Shown here: positions 21,454-30,900 of the stretch, in pieces
Position numbering within the stretch: the first letter of the stretch is position 1
Layout: the number at the start of each line of letters is the position of its first letter
Origin: an uncultured Actinomycetota bacterium
GTDB lineage: Bacteria; Actinomycetota; Actinomycetes; Propionibacteriales; Nocardioidaceae
Direction of reading: 5' to 3'
Assembly: GCA_963815335.1 (NCBI GenBank)
Contig: CAWFGL010000006.1
Span: forward strand, 161,610 to 225,609
Length of the DNA: 64,000 nt
Notes under the pieces: model-generated
Databases searched by the model: none
Told to the model about the DNA's origin: nothing
What the model saw: the letters and a program-made list of their open reading frames with translations, nothing else
Position numbers and translations under genes: made by a program

Positions 21454-24063
21454 GATCCGGAACGGCTTGTCGTTGACCGCGAAGAAGTAGTTGTCGACGG
21501 CCTCGACCATGATCCGGGCCTTCTTCGACCGCACCCGCGGGATCCGCACCGAGGCGCGGCCGTCGTTGGCGGTGGTCGCGAGCGAGGTCCAGGTCCTGCC
21601 ACCGTCGGTCGACAGCCTGATCCGGACCTTCGGGGCCAGGGGCCGGGTGCCGTTGACCCTCCAGGTGACCAGGCGACGGGAGCCGGCGCGGACGACGGAG
21701 CCCTTCTTCTTCTGCGAGGTGACCAGGAACGGCCCGGCGTTCGGGTCGATCTTCAGGGTCACGTCGGCGTGGTCGACACCGCCGCCGGTCGGGTCGGCGT
21801 CACGGACGGTGACCCGGAAGTGCATGGCGGGCTTGGTGTTGCCCGGGCGGCCCAGGTACCCCTTCACCGGCAGGAACTCCGAGTAGCAGTCGGTGACCGA
21901 GCCCTTCGGCGGCACGTAGTCGTCCAGGTCGTCCGGCAGCAACGGCACGATCGGGCAGTAGCCCGACTTCGCGTTCGTGTTGCCGGCCAGCACCTGGGCG
22001 AGGTCCGGGAAGTAGCGGGTCGGCGTGCCCTTGGCGAGGTTCTCGTTGGGCGACGGGGTGATGAGCGTGCCGCGCTCGGTGACCTTGGCGCGCGTCCCGA
22101 ACACCCGGAACAGCGGGCCGTTGGTCTTCTTGTTGGCGACCAGCTTGGTGCCCCGAGGACCGCCGACGTCGTTCTGCTCCCACAGGTAGGTCAGCTTGTC
22201 GCCGTCCGAGTCCTTCCCGGAGCCGGTCAGCCTGAACGGCGTCCGGAGCGGGATGGTGCGCGACGTCGGTGCCTTCGCCGTGGGCGCGTGGTTGCGCGTG
22301 GAGACCGAGCGGCCGCGGTTGCCGGCGGTGCCGCCCTGCGCCGTCTCACCCACGAAGGCGGAGACACCGGCGGACGGGCTGCCGACCTCCAGGGCGGGGA
22401 CGTCGCCGGCACCGCCGTACACCTCGGGGTCGGGCGAGCCGGAGAAGATCACCTGGAAGCCGGTGTCGTCCGGTGCGGTCAGCGGAGCGATCAGCTCGAC
22501 CGGGTCGCCGAACGGGTCGTAGCCCCAGCCGGCGATCGTCACGGTGCGACCGGTGACCGCCTCGACGGCGGCCTCGATGCCCGCGGCGTCGTAGTCGGTC
22601 CCGCGGGTCAGCGTGACCGGCCCGGACGCACCCGGGAAGTCGATGCTGACCTGCTCGCCGTCGGTGTCGAACCCGCTGAGCGAGACGGTCTGCACCTCGG
22701 TGACGGGCAGCGTCGGCGACTCGGTGTAGGCGTTGACCTCGTCGTTGGTGCGCTGGCTGAAGTACGGGTCGGTGTGCGGCTGCAGGTCGTCCTGCAGGCA
22801 GATGCCGGCGTACGCCATGACCGACGAGCCCGAGCCGGGCTCCACCGAGGCGCCGGGCTCGCGGTTGCCGCCCGCGCAGGCGTACTGGACGCCGTTGAAG
22901 GTGTGGTTGCCGCCGAACTGGTGGCCGAGCTCGTGCGCGACGTAGTCGAGGGCGAAGAAGTCGCCCTGCGGCTGGGGCAGGCCGGTGCAGCCGCTGCCCT
23001 TGTAGTCCCAGCCGACCACGCCGAGGAACGCGACGCCACCGCCGTTGACGCCGAGGCCGATGTGGCCGATGTCGTAGTTGGACGCGCCGATCAGCTGGCC
23101 CAGCACCGTCCGGTTGCGGCCGAGGGTGCCGATGTCGCAGAAGTCGAGCTGGCTGTACTGGTCGGGCGGCGGGTCGGCCGGGTTCGCCACCTGGTCGAAG
23201 CACGCGTGCGCGCCGCACGGGCCGTCGTCACCGAGCGCCTCGGCCGTCGTGTCGAGGTTGAGCTTGTCGGTGCCGTTGACCAGGCGCATGGTGATCGCCA
23301 TGTCGTCGTTGTAGATCTGGTTGACCCGGTTGATCAGGGTGACCTTCTCGGCCAGCACGTTCTCGGTGCCGAAGTACGCGGCGTACGACGGGTCGCTGGT
23401 CAGCGCCAGGCGGTAGACCTGCTGGACGACCGTGGCGCCCTTCTTGGCGCGGACCGCACCGCGGGCCAGGGAGTTGGTGATGCCGCGCGCCTCGCGCTCC
23501 ACGAACTGGTCCGCCGAGCTGGTCTCGACGGCCGCCCGGTAGTAGCTGAGGTGCGTGGTGGTGCCGGGCTTGTTGTACGCGGGGTCGACCAGCCAGGAGC
23601 CCTGGCCGTTCGCGCCGCGGACCGACGCGTGGAAGCCCATCGGCGTGACGTCGAGGGCGATCGTGGTGCCCGGGTTCTCGAGGGAGACACCGGACCAGGT
23701 GCCGATCTCGGGGTGCGCCGCGGCGAGCTCGGACTCCATGGCCTGGGTGCGCTGCACGGCGAAGCGCTCCGAGCCGCCGGTCGGCGTCGGCACCCGGAAG
23801 GACTGCGTGGCACCCGACTTGCCCGCGACCGGCGCGTTGCGCAGCACGGCCGCCACCCGGCGCGGGTCGACCTGCACGACGGAGTACTCGGACGGCGAGA
23901 CGCGGACCTTGGCGGCCTTCGCGTCGTACGAGCCCCCGGACCGGAACAGCGAGTCGTCGGCCGAGGCAGAGCGGGCGGACGGCGACGCCTGCGCTACGGC
24001 GACGGCCGGCAGGAACCCTGCGGCCAGGACCAGTGCGGCGCCCACGGCGACACGACGAAGCAT
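21448..24063 (-). CDS. Secreted reprolysin-like M12B metallopeptidase
   Basis: Signal peptide from ATG 24063; HELGHQFGGNH (HExxHxxGxxH), Met-turn SSVMAY; C-terminal beta-rich domains. Confidence 0.9.
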   Translation of the reverse strand: MLRRVAVGAALVLAAGFLPAVAVAQASPSARSASADDSLFRSGGSYDAKAAKVRVSPSEYSVVQVDPRRVAAVLRNAPVAGKSGATQSFRVPTPTGGSERFAVQRTQAMESELAAAHPEIGTWSGVSLENPGTTIALDVTPMGFHASVRGANGQGSWLVDPAYNKPGTTTHLSYYRAAVETSSADQFVEREARGITNSLARGAVRAKKGATVVQQVYRLALTSDPSYAAYFGTENVLAEKVTLINRVNQIYNDDMAITMRLVNGTDKLNLDTTAEALGDDGPCGAHACFDQVANPADPPPDQYSQLDFCDIGTLGRNRTVLGQLIGASNYDIGHIGLGVNGGGVAFLGVVGWDYKGSGCTGLPQPQGDFFALDYVAHELGHQFGGNHTFNGVQYACAGGNREPGASVEPGSGSSVMAYAGICLQDDLQPHTDPYFSQRTNDEVNAYTESPTLPVTEVQTVSLSGFDTDGEQVSIDFPGASGPVTLTRGTDYDAAGIEAAVEAVTGRTVTIAGWGYDPFGDPVELIAPLTAPDDTGFQVIFSGSPDPEVYGGAGDVPALEVGSPSAGVSAFVGETAQGGTAGNRGRSVSTRNHAPTAKAPTSRTIPLRTPFRLTGSGKDSDGDKLTYLWEQNDVGGPRGTKLVANKKTNGPLFRVFGTRAKVTERGTLITPSPNENLAKGTPTRYFPDLAQVLAGNTNAKSGYCPIVPLLPDDLDDYVPPKGSVTDCYSEFLPVKGYLGRPGNTKPAMHFRVTVRDADPTGGGVDHADVTLKIDPNAGPFLVTSQKKKGSVVRAGSRRLVTWRVNGTRPLAPKVRIRLSTDGGRTWTSLATTANDGRASVRIPRVRSKKARIMVEAVDNYFFAVNDKPFRIS

Positions 24064-24138
24064 GCGGATCTCCCCCAACGAACGGACCCGGCAACCGCCG
24101 GGCGCTTGCACCCTACGCCTCCCCTTTACCCTCCAAGC

Positions 24139-24816
24139 GTGGAGATGATCCTGGGCGTGACACCCGGCCCGCTGACCGCCGACGAGGTCGTGGCCGCCTA
24201 CCCGTGGCCGGCGGAGGGCCGCTGGGTGCGGGCGATGATGGTGACCACGCTCGACGGCGCCGCGTCGGGGCCGGACGGGCTGAGCGGCTCGATCTCGGGC
24301 GAGGCGGACAAGTCGGTCTTCGACGCCGTGCGACGCGAGGCCGACGCCGTCCTGATCGGCGCCGGCACGATGCGCGCCGAGCGCTACGGGCCGTTCCGGA
24401 ACCGGGCGCGCCTGGCGATCGTGAGCAGGTCGCTCGACCTGCCCTGGGACGAGCCCGTGTTCAGCGAGTCCGCGCAACGGCCGTTGATCCTGACCGCCCA
24501 CGACACCGACACCTCGGCCGTGCCGGACACCTGCGAGGTCGTGACCGTCGACGACAGCCCGGCCGCGTGCCTCGACGCCCTCGAGCAGCGCGGCCTGCAC
24601 CGGATCGTCTGCGAGGGCGGGCCGACCCTCCTCCGCGACCTGGTCGCCGCGGGGCTCGTCGACGAGGCCGACATCACCGTCTCCCCGACGTTCACCGGGA
24701 CCGCCCACAGCCCGGAGACACCGAGCCTGTCCTCGGTCGTCGACTGGGACCTCGAGCACCTCCTCACCGAGGACGGCTTCCTCATGGGCCGCTACGTCCG
24801 CCGCGGTGCCCGGTGA
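24139..24816 (+). CDS. RibD C-terminal / dihydrofolate reductase-like protein
   Basis: TLDGA, ADAVLIGAGT and VCEGGPTL motifs; GTG 6 nt after TACCCT. Confidence 0.85.
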   Translation: MEMILGVTPGPLTADEVVAAYPWPAEGRWVRAMMVTTLDGAASGPDGLSGSISGEADKSVFDAVRREADAVLIGAGTMRAERYGPFRNRARLAIVSRSLDLPWDEPVFSESAQRPLILTAHDTDTSAVPDTCEVVTVDDSPAACLDALEQRGLHRIVCEGGPTLLRDLVAAGLVDEADITVSPTFTGTAHSPETPSLSSVVDWDLEHLLTEDGFLMGRYVRRGAR

Positions 24817-25706
24817 TCTCGCTCGAGTCGCTCGCCGCGCTCGCCGCCGCGTACCCCGACGACGTGGGTCTCCCGGTGGCGCCGCTGGAGATCCGCGGCC
24901 GGGTGTTCGACACCGACCGGAGCGCCGTGGTGATGAGCGTCGTGAACCTGTCGTCGGACTCGACGTACCGGACCAGCATCGCCCCGACGGTCGAGGCCGC
25001 GATCAGCCGCGGTCGCGTGCACGCCGCCCAGGGTGCGGACGTGGTCGACGTGGGTGCCGAGTCCACGACCACCAGGGCCGACCGGGTGTCCGGCCCCGAC
25101 CAGATCGCCCGGCTCGTCCCTGTCGTGGAGGCCCTGGCCGCCGACGGGATCCTGGTGTCGAGCGAGGCCTACGACGTCGATGTCGTGCGCGCGACGCTGG
25201 CGGCCGGCGCCGCCGTCGTGAACCTCACCGGCTCCGCGGGTGACGACCCGGTCTTCGCGCTCGCCGCCGAGCACGGGGCGGCCGTGGTCCTCTGCCACGT
25301 CGAGGGCGAGAACCCGCGCGACCTCGACGGCGCCGACCTGTCGGCCGATCCGGTCCCGCGGATGCTCGACGGGTTCGGTCGCCGGCTCGAGCGCGCCCGG
25401 GAGCTCGGCGTGACCGGCCTCGTCATCGACCCGGGCGCCGGCTTCCACTTCGGCGTCCAGCAGACCCCCGAGGAGCGGCTCGCGCACCAGACCCGGATGC
25501 TGCTCCACGCCTTCCGGCTCCGGCGCCTGGGCGTGCCGGTGTGCCAGTCGGTGCCGCACGGCTTCGCGCTGTTCCAGGACGAGTTCCGCACCGGCGAGGC
25601 CTTCTTCACGGTCCTCGCCCGGCTCGCCGGCGCCGGGATGATCCGCACCCACGAGGTCCCGCGGGTCGTCCCGGTGCTGCAGGCGCTGCGGGAGCTGCCT
25701 ACCTGA
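24813..25706 (+). CDS. Divergent dihydropteroate synthase-like (pterin-binding TIM barrel) protein
   Basis: VMSVVN, GADVVDVGAEST, IDPGAGF and IRTHEV motifs; the canonical SRK lysine is not visible. Confidence 0.75.
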   Translation: MISLESLAALAAAYPDDVGLPVAPLEIRGRVFDTDRSAVVMSVVNLSSDSTYRTSIAPTVEAAISRGRVHAAQGADVVDVGAESTTTRADRVSGPDQIARLVPVVEALAADGILVSSEAYDVDVVRATLAAGAAVVNLTGSAGDDPVFALAAEHGAAVVLCHVEGENPRDLDGADLSADPVPRMLDGFGRRLERARELGVTGLVIDPGAGFHFGVQQTPEERLAHQTRMLLHAFRLRRLGVPVCQSVPHGFALFQDEFRTGEAFFTVLARLAGAGMIRTHEVPRVVPVLQALRELPT

Positions 25707-26471
25707 GGAACATCCGCACCGCGCGCGCCAGCGCGGCGGCGTAGCGCGCCCGGCCGTCCGCGGACGTCATCACGCCGGCGTCGCCGGGGTTCTTCATGTT
25801 GCCGAGCTCGACCATCACGGTGGGGACGTCCGACAGGTTGAGCGTGCCGAGGTCGGAGCGGAAGTCGAGGCCGTCGCCGCCGGCGATGTAGGTCGCGTCG
25901 ACGAAGTCCTTCTTGCGGAGGGACGCCCGGGTGAGCAGCGCCAGCCGACGGGAGGGCTTGAAGATGTCGTCGGTCCAGGGCGCCCGGTCGGTCGGCGCGA
26001 TGACGTGGAAGCCGTGGGCACCGGCGGCGAAGGAGCCGTCGCCGTGGACGCTGATCTTGAGGTCGGCCGGGATCCTGTTGCCGGTCCTGCCGCGCTTGTC
26101 GACGCACGGACCCCAGCGCTTCTCGCTGTTGACCTTGCGGGTCAGCACGACACGGGCGCCGAGCTTCTCGAGCTTGGTCTTGAGCCGGAGCGAGACCCGC
26201 CAGGCGAACGTCGCCTCGGCGTAGCCGCCCCGCGTGGCGGTCCCGGTCGTGTTGCACGGCTTGGTGAAGCCGCCCGCCGGCACCGGCGCGTTGATCTGGC
26301 TCGGGAAGTGGTGGTTGCCCAGCTGGTGTCCGGGGTCGATGACGACCGTCCGGCCGGCGAGCAGCCCCTCGTGGTGGAGCCGTCCCGTGCCAGGGCCGTG
26401 CGGTCCTCGGCGTACGCCGGACCAGCGGCCAGCAGCGCGACCGCGACGACTCCGGCGAGGACGACCTTCAC
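25699..26471 (-). pseudogene. N-acetylmuramoyl-L-alanine amidase (Amidase_3), frameshifted as assembled
   Basis: Signal peptide MKVVLAGVVAVALLAAGPAYAE is in one frame; VVIDPGH, YAE, ISVHGD and MVELGN are in another. One extra G in the run at 26365-26368 restores the frame. Confidence 0.8.
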
Positions 26472-27472
26472 TCGTAGCCCAGGATCTCCTGGCGCTTCTC
26501 GCCCCAGGCGAGCGCCGAGGCGATGGCGTCCTCGAGCGTCAGCTCGGTCCGCCAGCCGAGCAGCTCGGCCGCCGTGTCGACGTTCGCGTACGCGCCGACG
26601 GCGTCGCCGGGACGGGGCGGGGCCTCGGTGATCGGCACCGGCCGGCCGAAGACGTTCTCGAACGCCGTCACGAGCTCGCGGACGGTGGTGCCGTCGCCGG
26701 TGCCGAGGTTGATGACGACGCTCGTCGAGCCGACCTTCGCCAGGACGTCGTCGAACTGCTCGATGGCGCGCACGTGCGCCCGGGCGATGTCCCAGACGTG
26801 GATGTAGTCGCGGATGCCGGTGCCGTCGCGGGTCGGGTGCTCGACGCCGGTGATCGTGAACGAGTCCTTCTGGCCGCGGGCGGCCATCACCAGCTGGCCG
26901 AGGACGTGCGACGGCTCCTTGGCGTAGATGCCGGACTCGAGGTCCGGGTCGGAGCCGATCGGGTTGAAGTAGCGCAGGATGATCGCGCGCAGGTCGGTCG
27001 CGGCCGCCATGTCCTGCAGGACCTGCTCCATCATGTGCTTGGTCCGCGCGTACGGCGAGGTGGGGGCCAGCGGGTCGGACTCGACGACCTCGAAGCCCTC
27101 CTTGGGCGCGTACAGGCTGGCCGAGCTGGAGAACAGCACCCGGGGCTTGCCGAGCTGCTCGAGCTGGTCGAAGAGCTCGAGCGACTTGGCGACGTTGTCG
27201 CGGTAGTACTCGTAGGGCTGCTCGACCGACTCCGGCACCACGATCCGGGCTGCCATGTGGATGGTCGCGTCCAGGTCGGGGTGCTCCTCGACGATGCGGG
27301 CGAGCAGGGCCCGGTCGGCGATGTCGCCCTCGTAGAAGATCCGGTCGCGCGCGAAGACCTGGGGGCCGGTGAGGAGCGAGTCGAGGACCACCGGGACGTG
27401 TCCGGCCTGCTCCAGGGCCTTGGCGGTGATCGAACCGATGTACCCGGCGCCGCCGGTGACGAGGACCTTCAT
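26468..27472 (-). CDS. galE: UDP-glucose 4-epimerase
   Basis: MKVLVTGGAGYIGS, FSSSA, PYARTK, LRYFNPIG and GTGIRDYIHV motifs. Confidence 0.92.
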   Translation of the reverse strand: MKVLVTGGAGYIGSITAKALEQAGHVPVVLDSLLTGPQVFARDRIFYEGDIADRALLARIVEEHPDLDATIHMAARIVVPESVEQPYEYYRDNVAKSLELFDQLEQLGKPRVLFSSSASLYAPKEGFEVVESDPLAPTSPYARTKHMMEQVLQDMAAATDLRAIILRYFNPIGSDPDLESGIYAKEPSHVLGQLVMAARGQKDSFTITGVEHPTRDGTGIRDYIHVWDIARAHVRAIEQFDDVLAKVGSTSVVINLGTGDGTTVRELVTAFENVFGRPVPITEAPPRPGDAVGAYANVDTAAELLGWRTELTLEDAIASALAWGEKRQEILGYE

Positions 27473-27595
27473 TGGCCGAACTCTAGGCGGCGGCCGGTGG
27501 CGGCACCCCAGCAACTTCCCGAAACCCCAGCGGCGTGCGGGCGCCCCGCCCAGACTTGACGGGTTCTGGCCCGTCCTCCGCAGGAGCCTCCCCCC

Positions 27596-29347
27596 ATGCC
27601 TGAGACCGTCTCGGTCACCTCCGCGACCCGTCGCGGCCTGCACCGCGCCGTCGCCGGCGGGCTGGCCACCGCGGCCGTGGCACCCCTGCTGGCCGCCCAG
27701 GACGCGCACGCCGCGCCCGGCGAGGGCACACCGTTCGCCCGGCCGAAGCGCAAGTGGCACCGGTGCAAGGTGCACCGCAGGCACACCTGCTGGCGGGCGC
27801 GGACCTGCAAGCACCGCAAGCACAAGCCGCACGCCCCGGACCCGGAGCCGCCGCAGGTGGAGCTGCCCGACCCGCCGGACCCGCCTGACCCCGAGCAGCC
27901 CCAGGTGCCCACCGAGCTGCCGAGCGCGGCCGCGCTGCACCTCGCCAGCCGCTTCACCTACGGCATGACGCCCGCCCTGCACGCGGAGATGCAGTCCTTC
28001 AGCAGCGACGCGGCCTGGTTCGCGGCCCAGCTGCAGCCGGCGACCGTCCCTGACCAGGTCGCCGACGGGTTCCAGTCGTGGTGGCTGTCGCTGGACCTCG
28101 ACGCGCCCACCCTCTGGAGGCGCGACCAGGACAAGGTCGAGGCGACCTGGGTGGCGATGGCCAACTACCAGCGCTGGTGCCTCATGCGCCGGATCTACTC
28201 CAAGCGCCAGGTGCTCGAGGTCGTCACCGAGTTCTTCGAGAACTACCTCCACGTGCCGGTCCACGACGACGGCGTCTTCGGGTTCCGGGCGGCGTACGGG
28301 AAGCTCATCCGCTCGCACGCCCTCGGTCGGTTCGACCAGATGCTCGTCGCGGCGATCACGCACCCCGCCATGGGGACCAGCCTGGACAACGCCAGCTCCA
28401 CGAAGTCCGCGCCCAACGAGAACCTCGGCCGGGAGCTCCTCGAGCTGCACACCGTGGGCCGCGGGAACCACACCGAGGACGACGTCAAGAACTCGGCGCG
28501 GATCCTGACCGGCTACCGGGTCGACATGTGGCGCACCTGGAACTCCTGGTACGACGCGCCGAGCCACTGGACCGGTCCCGTCAAGGTCCTGGACTTCACG
28601 CACGCCAACACGGCCACGGACGGACGTCCCGTCGCCGAGGCCTACCTCACCTACCTGGCGCACCACCCGGCCACCGCCCGGCGGCTCGCCAGGAAGCTGG
28701 CCGTCCGGTTCGTCTCCGACGCACCGTCGGACGCCCTGGTCCAGCACCTCGCCGACGTCTACCTGGCGAACCAGACCGCGATCGTGCCGGTCCTCCTGGC
28801 CCTGGTCGCGCACCCGGAGTTCGCGGCCGCCGCCGGCGCCAAGGTCCGCACGCCCACCGACGACGTCGCGGCCACCTTCCGGGCCCTGGACGTCGCCGTG
28901 GCCCGCCCGGTCACCGGCGACTCGACGGCCAACACGATGCTCTACCAGGCCCAGAACATCGGCCAGACGCCGTTCGGCTGGGCCCGTCCCGACGGCCAGC
29001 CCGAGACCGGCGGTGCCTGGTCGTCGGCCTCGCGGATCCTCGCGTCCTTCGAGACCCACTACGCGATGTGCGGCGGCTGGTGGCCCAAGCAGGACGCGAC
29101 GTACCACCCGCTGACCTCCTGGGTGCCGCTGACCGGCACGCAGTCCATGACCTTCGAGGCGCTGGTCGACCACCTGTCTCGCCGGCTCCTCTGCCGGCCG
29201 GCCGACGCCCGGGTGGTCGACGCGTGCTGCCTCGCGAGCGGCGTCACCCGGACGACCGCGATGACCCTCAACCACGCCGTCGTCCGGTGGGGCATGCCGG
29301 TGCTCCTCACCACCGTCCTCGACAGCCCCGAACACATGAGCCGGTGA
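27596..29347 (+). CDS. DUF1800 family protein, TAT-exported
   Basis: TRRGL twin-arginine signal; YLDN-like SLDNASS, PNENLGRELLELHTVG, YTEDDV-like HTEDDV and HPATARRLARKLAVRFVSD motifs. Confidence 0.88.
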   Translation: MPETVSVTSATRRGLHRAVAGGLATAAVAPLLAAQDAHAAPGEGTPFARPKRKWHRCKVHRRHTCWRARTCKHRKHKPHAPDPEPPQVELPDPPDPPDPEQPQVPTELPSAAALHLASRFTYGMTPALHAEMQSFSSDAAWFAAQLQPATVPDQVADGFQSWWLSLDLDAPTLWRRDQDKVEATWVAMANYQRWCLMRRIYSKRQVLEVVTEFFENYLHVPVHDDGVFGFRAAYGKLIRSHALGRFDQMLVAAITHPAMGTSLDNASSTKSAPNENLGRELLELHTVGRGNHTEDDVKNSARILTGYRVDMWRTWNSWYDAPSHWTGPVKVLDFTHANTATDGRPVAEAYLTYLAHHPATARRLARKLAVRFVSDAPSDALVQHLADVYLANQTAIVPVLLALVAHPEFAAAAGAKVRTPTDDVAATFRALDVAVARPVTGDSTANTMLYQAQNIGQTPFGWARPDGQPETGGAWSSASRILASFETHYAMCGGWWPKQDATYHPLTSWVPLTGTQSMTFEALVDHLSRRLLCRPADARVVDACCLASGVTRTTAMTLNHAVVRWGMPVLLTTVLDSPEHMSR

Positions 29348-30639
29348 CCCCCATGACCTCCGACCGGACCCACGAGACCTGCTGCGACGAGTTCGCCCGC
29401 ACCGACCGCGCCCGGCTCAACCGGCGCAGCTTCCTGCGCACCGCCACCGTCCTCGGCGGCGCCGCGGCCGTCTCCACCGTGCACGGCACCGCGTTCACCT
29501 CGACGTCGTACGCCGCCGCGCCGGTCGAGCGGGTGCTGGTGGTGCTGTCCATGCGGGGCGCCTGCGACGGGCTCAGCCTCGTGGTCCCCCACCAGGACCC
29601 GGTCTACTACGCGGCCCGGCCGAGCATCGCGGTGCCGTACACCCGGCTGCTCGAGCCGGACGACCACTTCGGCCTGCACCCGGCCCTGGCGCCGCTCGTG
29701 CCGTGGTGGACCGCCGGCAAGATGGCGGCCGTCCACGCGACCGGGCTGCCCAGCCCGAACCGCTCCCACTTCTCCGCGATGGAGGAGGTCGAGGACGCCG
29801 ACCCCGGGTCCGACAAGCGCGTGGGCTGGCTCAACCGGCTGATCGGGCGCAACGGCACGGGCTCGCCGATCGAGGCGATCCAGTTCGGCGGGGGTGTGCC
29901 CAACGCCGCCGTGTCCGGGCCGGAACCGGTCCTCGTGACCTCCGACGCCGACTCGGTCACCCTGTCCGCGGCGGACGACGCGGCGTCGAGGCTGCGGCGC
30001 CACCAGTCGATGTCCCGTATGTGGGAGGACCTGCCCGGACCGCTCGGGGGCGGGGCACGCACCGCGCTCGACGTCGTCGAGCAGTTCGCCCCGGTGACGA
30101 CCGGCTCCGCGACGCCCGCCAACCAGGCGGTCTACCCGACCAGCTCCGACCTGGCCAAGGCCCTCGCCTCGGCCGCGCGCACCATCCGGGCCGACATCGG
30201 CGCCGAGGTGATCACCGTCGACCACGGCTCCTGGGACCACCACACCTGGATCGGGCAGCCCGACAACGGCAACCTGCGCCGGATGGCCGACGAGTTCGCC
30301 CTGAGCGTGGCGGCGTTCATGACCGACCTCGGTCCGCTCGCGGACCGGGTGACCGTGGTGACGCTCAGCGAGTTCGGCCGCCGGGTCAAGGAGAACGCCA
30401 ACCAGGGTCTCGACCACGGCTACGGCAACGTGATGTTCCTGCTCGGCGCCGGGGTGAAGGGCCGCGCGTACTACGGCACCTGGCCGGGGCTGACCAACAC
30501 CACCGACGCCGACCTCCTGGTGACCACGGACTACCGCAGCGTGCTCAGCGAGGTCGTCACGACGCGTCTCGGGGCCTCCTCGGCCCAGGTGTTCCCCGGC
30601 TTCAGCCCCGAGACCGTCGGGGCCATGTCCAGCCTCTGA
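29344..30639 (+). CDS. DUF1501 family protein, TAT-exported
   Basis: NRRSFL twin-arginine signal; LSMRGACDGLS, NRSHFSA, GWLNR, WDHH, SEFGRR and GLDHG motifs. Confidence 0.88.
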   Translation: MTPMTSDRTHETCCDEFARTDRARLNRRSFLRTATVLGGAAAVSTVHGTAFTSTSYAAAPVERVLVVLSMRGACDGLSLVVPHQDPVYYAARPSIAVPYTRLLEPDDHFGLHPALAPLVPWWTAGKMAAVHATGLPSPNRSHFSAMEEVEDADPGSDKRVGWLNRLIGRNGTGSPIEAIQFGGGVPNAAVSGPEPVLVTSDADSVTLSAADDAASRLRRHQSMSRMWEDLPGPLGGGARTALDVVEQFAPVTTGSATPANQAVYPTSSDLAKALASAARTIRADIGAEVITVDHGSWDHHTWIGQPDNGNLRRMADEFALSVAAFMTDLGPLADRVTVVTLSEFGRRVKENANQGLDHGYGNVMFLLGAGVKGRAYYGTWPGLTNTTDADLLVTTDYRSVLSEVVTTRLGASSAQVFPGFSPETVGAMSSL

Positions 30640-30753
30640 GGCCCCTCAGCGCCTTCGTCCTGCTGGAGGTTCGAGCTCGGTCCGGGCCGGGGGCGACCTC
30701 CGCGGACGCCCACACCGGCCCGGACCGTGGGGATCGGCTTTCACCCATCCCGA

Positions 30754-30808
30754 TGTGACTCCCCCCAGAGTCACACCACGCAAACGTCTGTCGTCACGCG
30801 GGAGTTAC
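30754..30808. promoter_or_regulatory. Palindrome and GTNAC pentamer array upstream of the GH6 gene
   Basis: TGTGACTC-N6-GAGTCACA (30754-30775) and GTCAC-N6-GTTAC (30793-30808). Confidence 0.4.
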
Positions 30809-30900
30809 GCAGGAACTCCTCCTGTTTCGAGCGGTCCAGACCGGATGTGACGGGTGGGGCGCCAAGGCACTCCTGTGTCGTCCTGCGGCGGGCCCACCGC

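Noticed and set aside
26355-26375. Programmed ribosomal frameshifting as the explanation for the three split genes
   Set aside because: There is no canonical slippery heptamer or evident stimulator at any site, and these families are not known to be recoded. Indel error or mutation is more parsimonious.
27473-27595. Possible riboswitch (c-di-AMP/c-di-GMP) between galE and DUF1800
   Set aside because: Only short fragments resemble the consensus (GAACCCGTCA on the minus strand) and the required stems are absent. An Infernal/Rfam scan would be decisive.
30754-30775. CRP/GlxR site (TGTGA...TCACA), also at 5928-5958
   Set aside because: The half-site spacing is 12 and 21 nt rather than the required 6.
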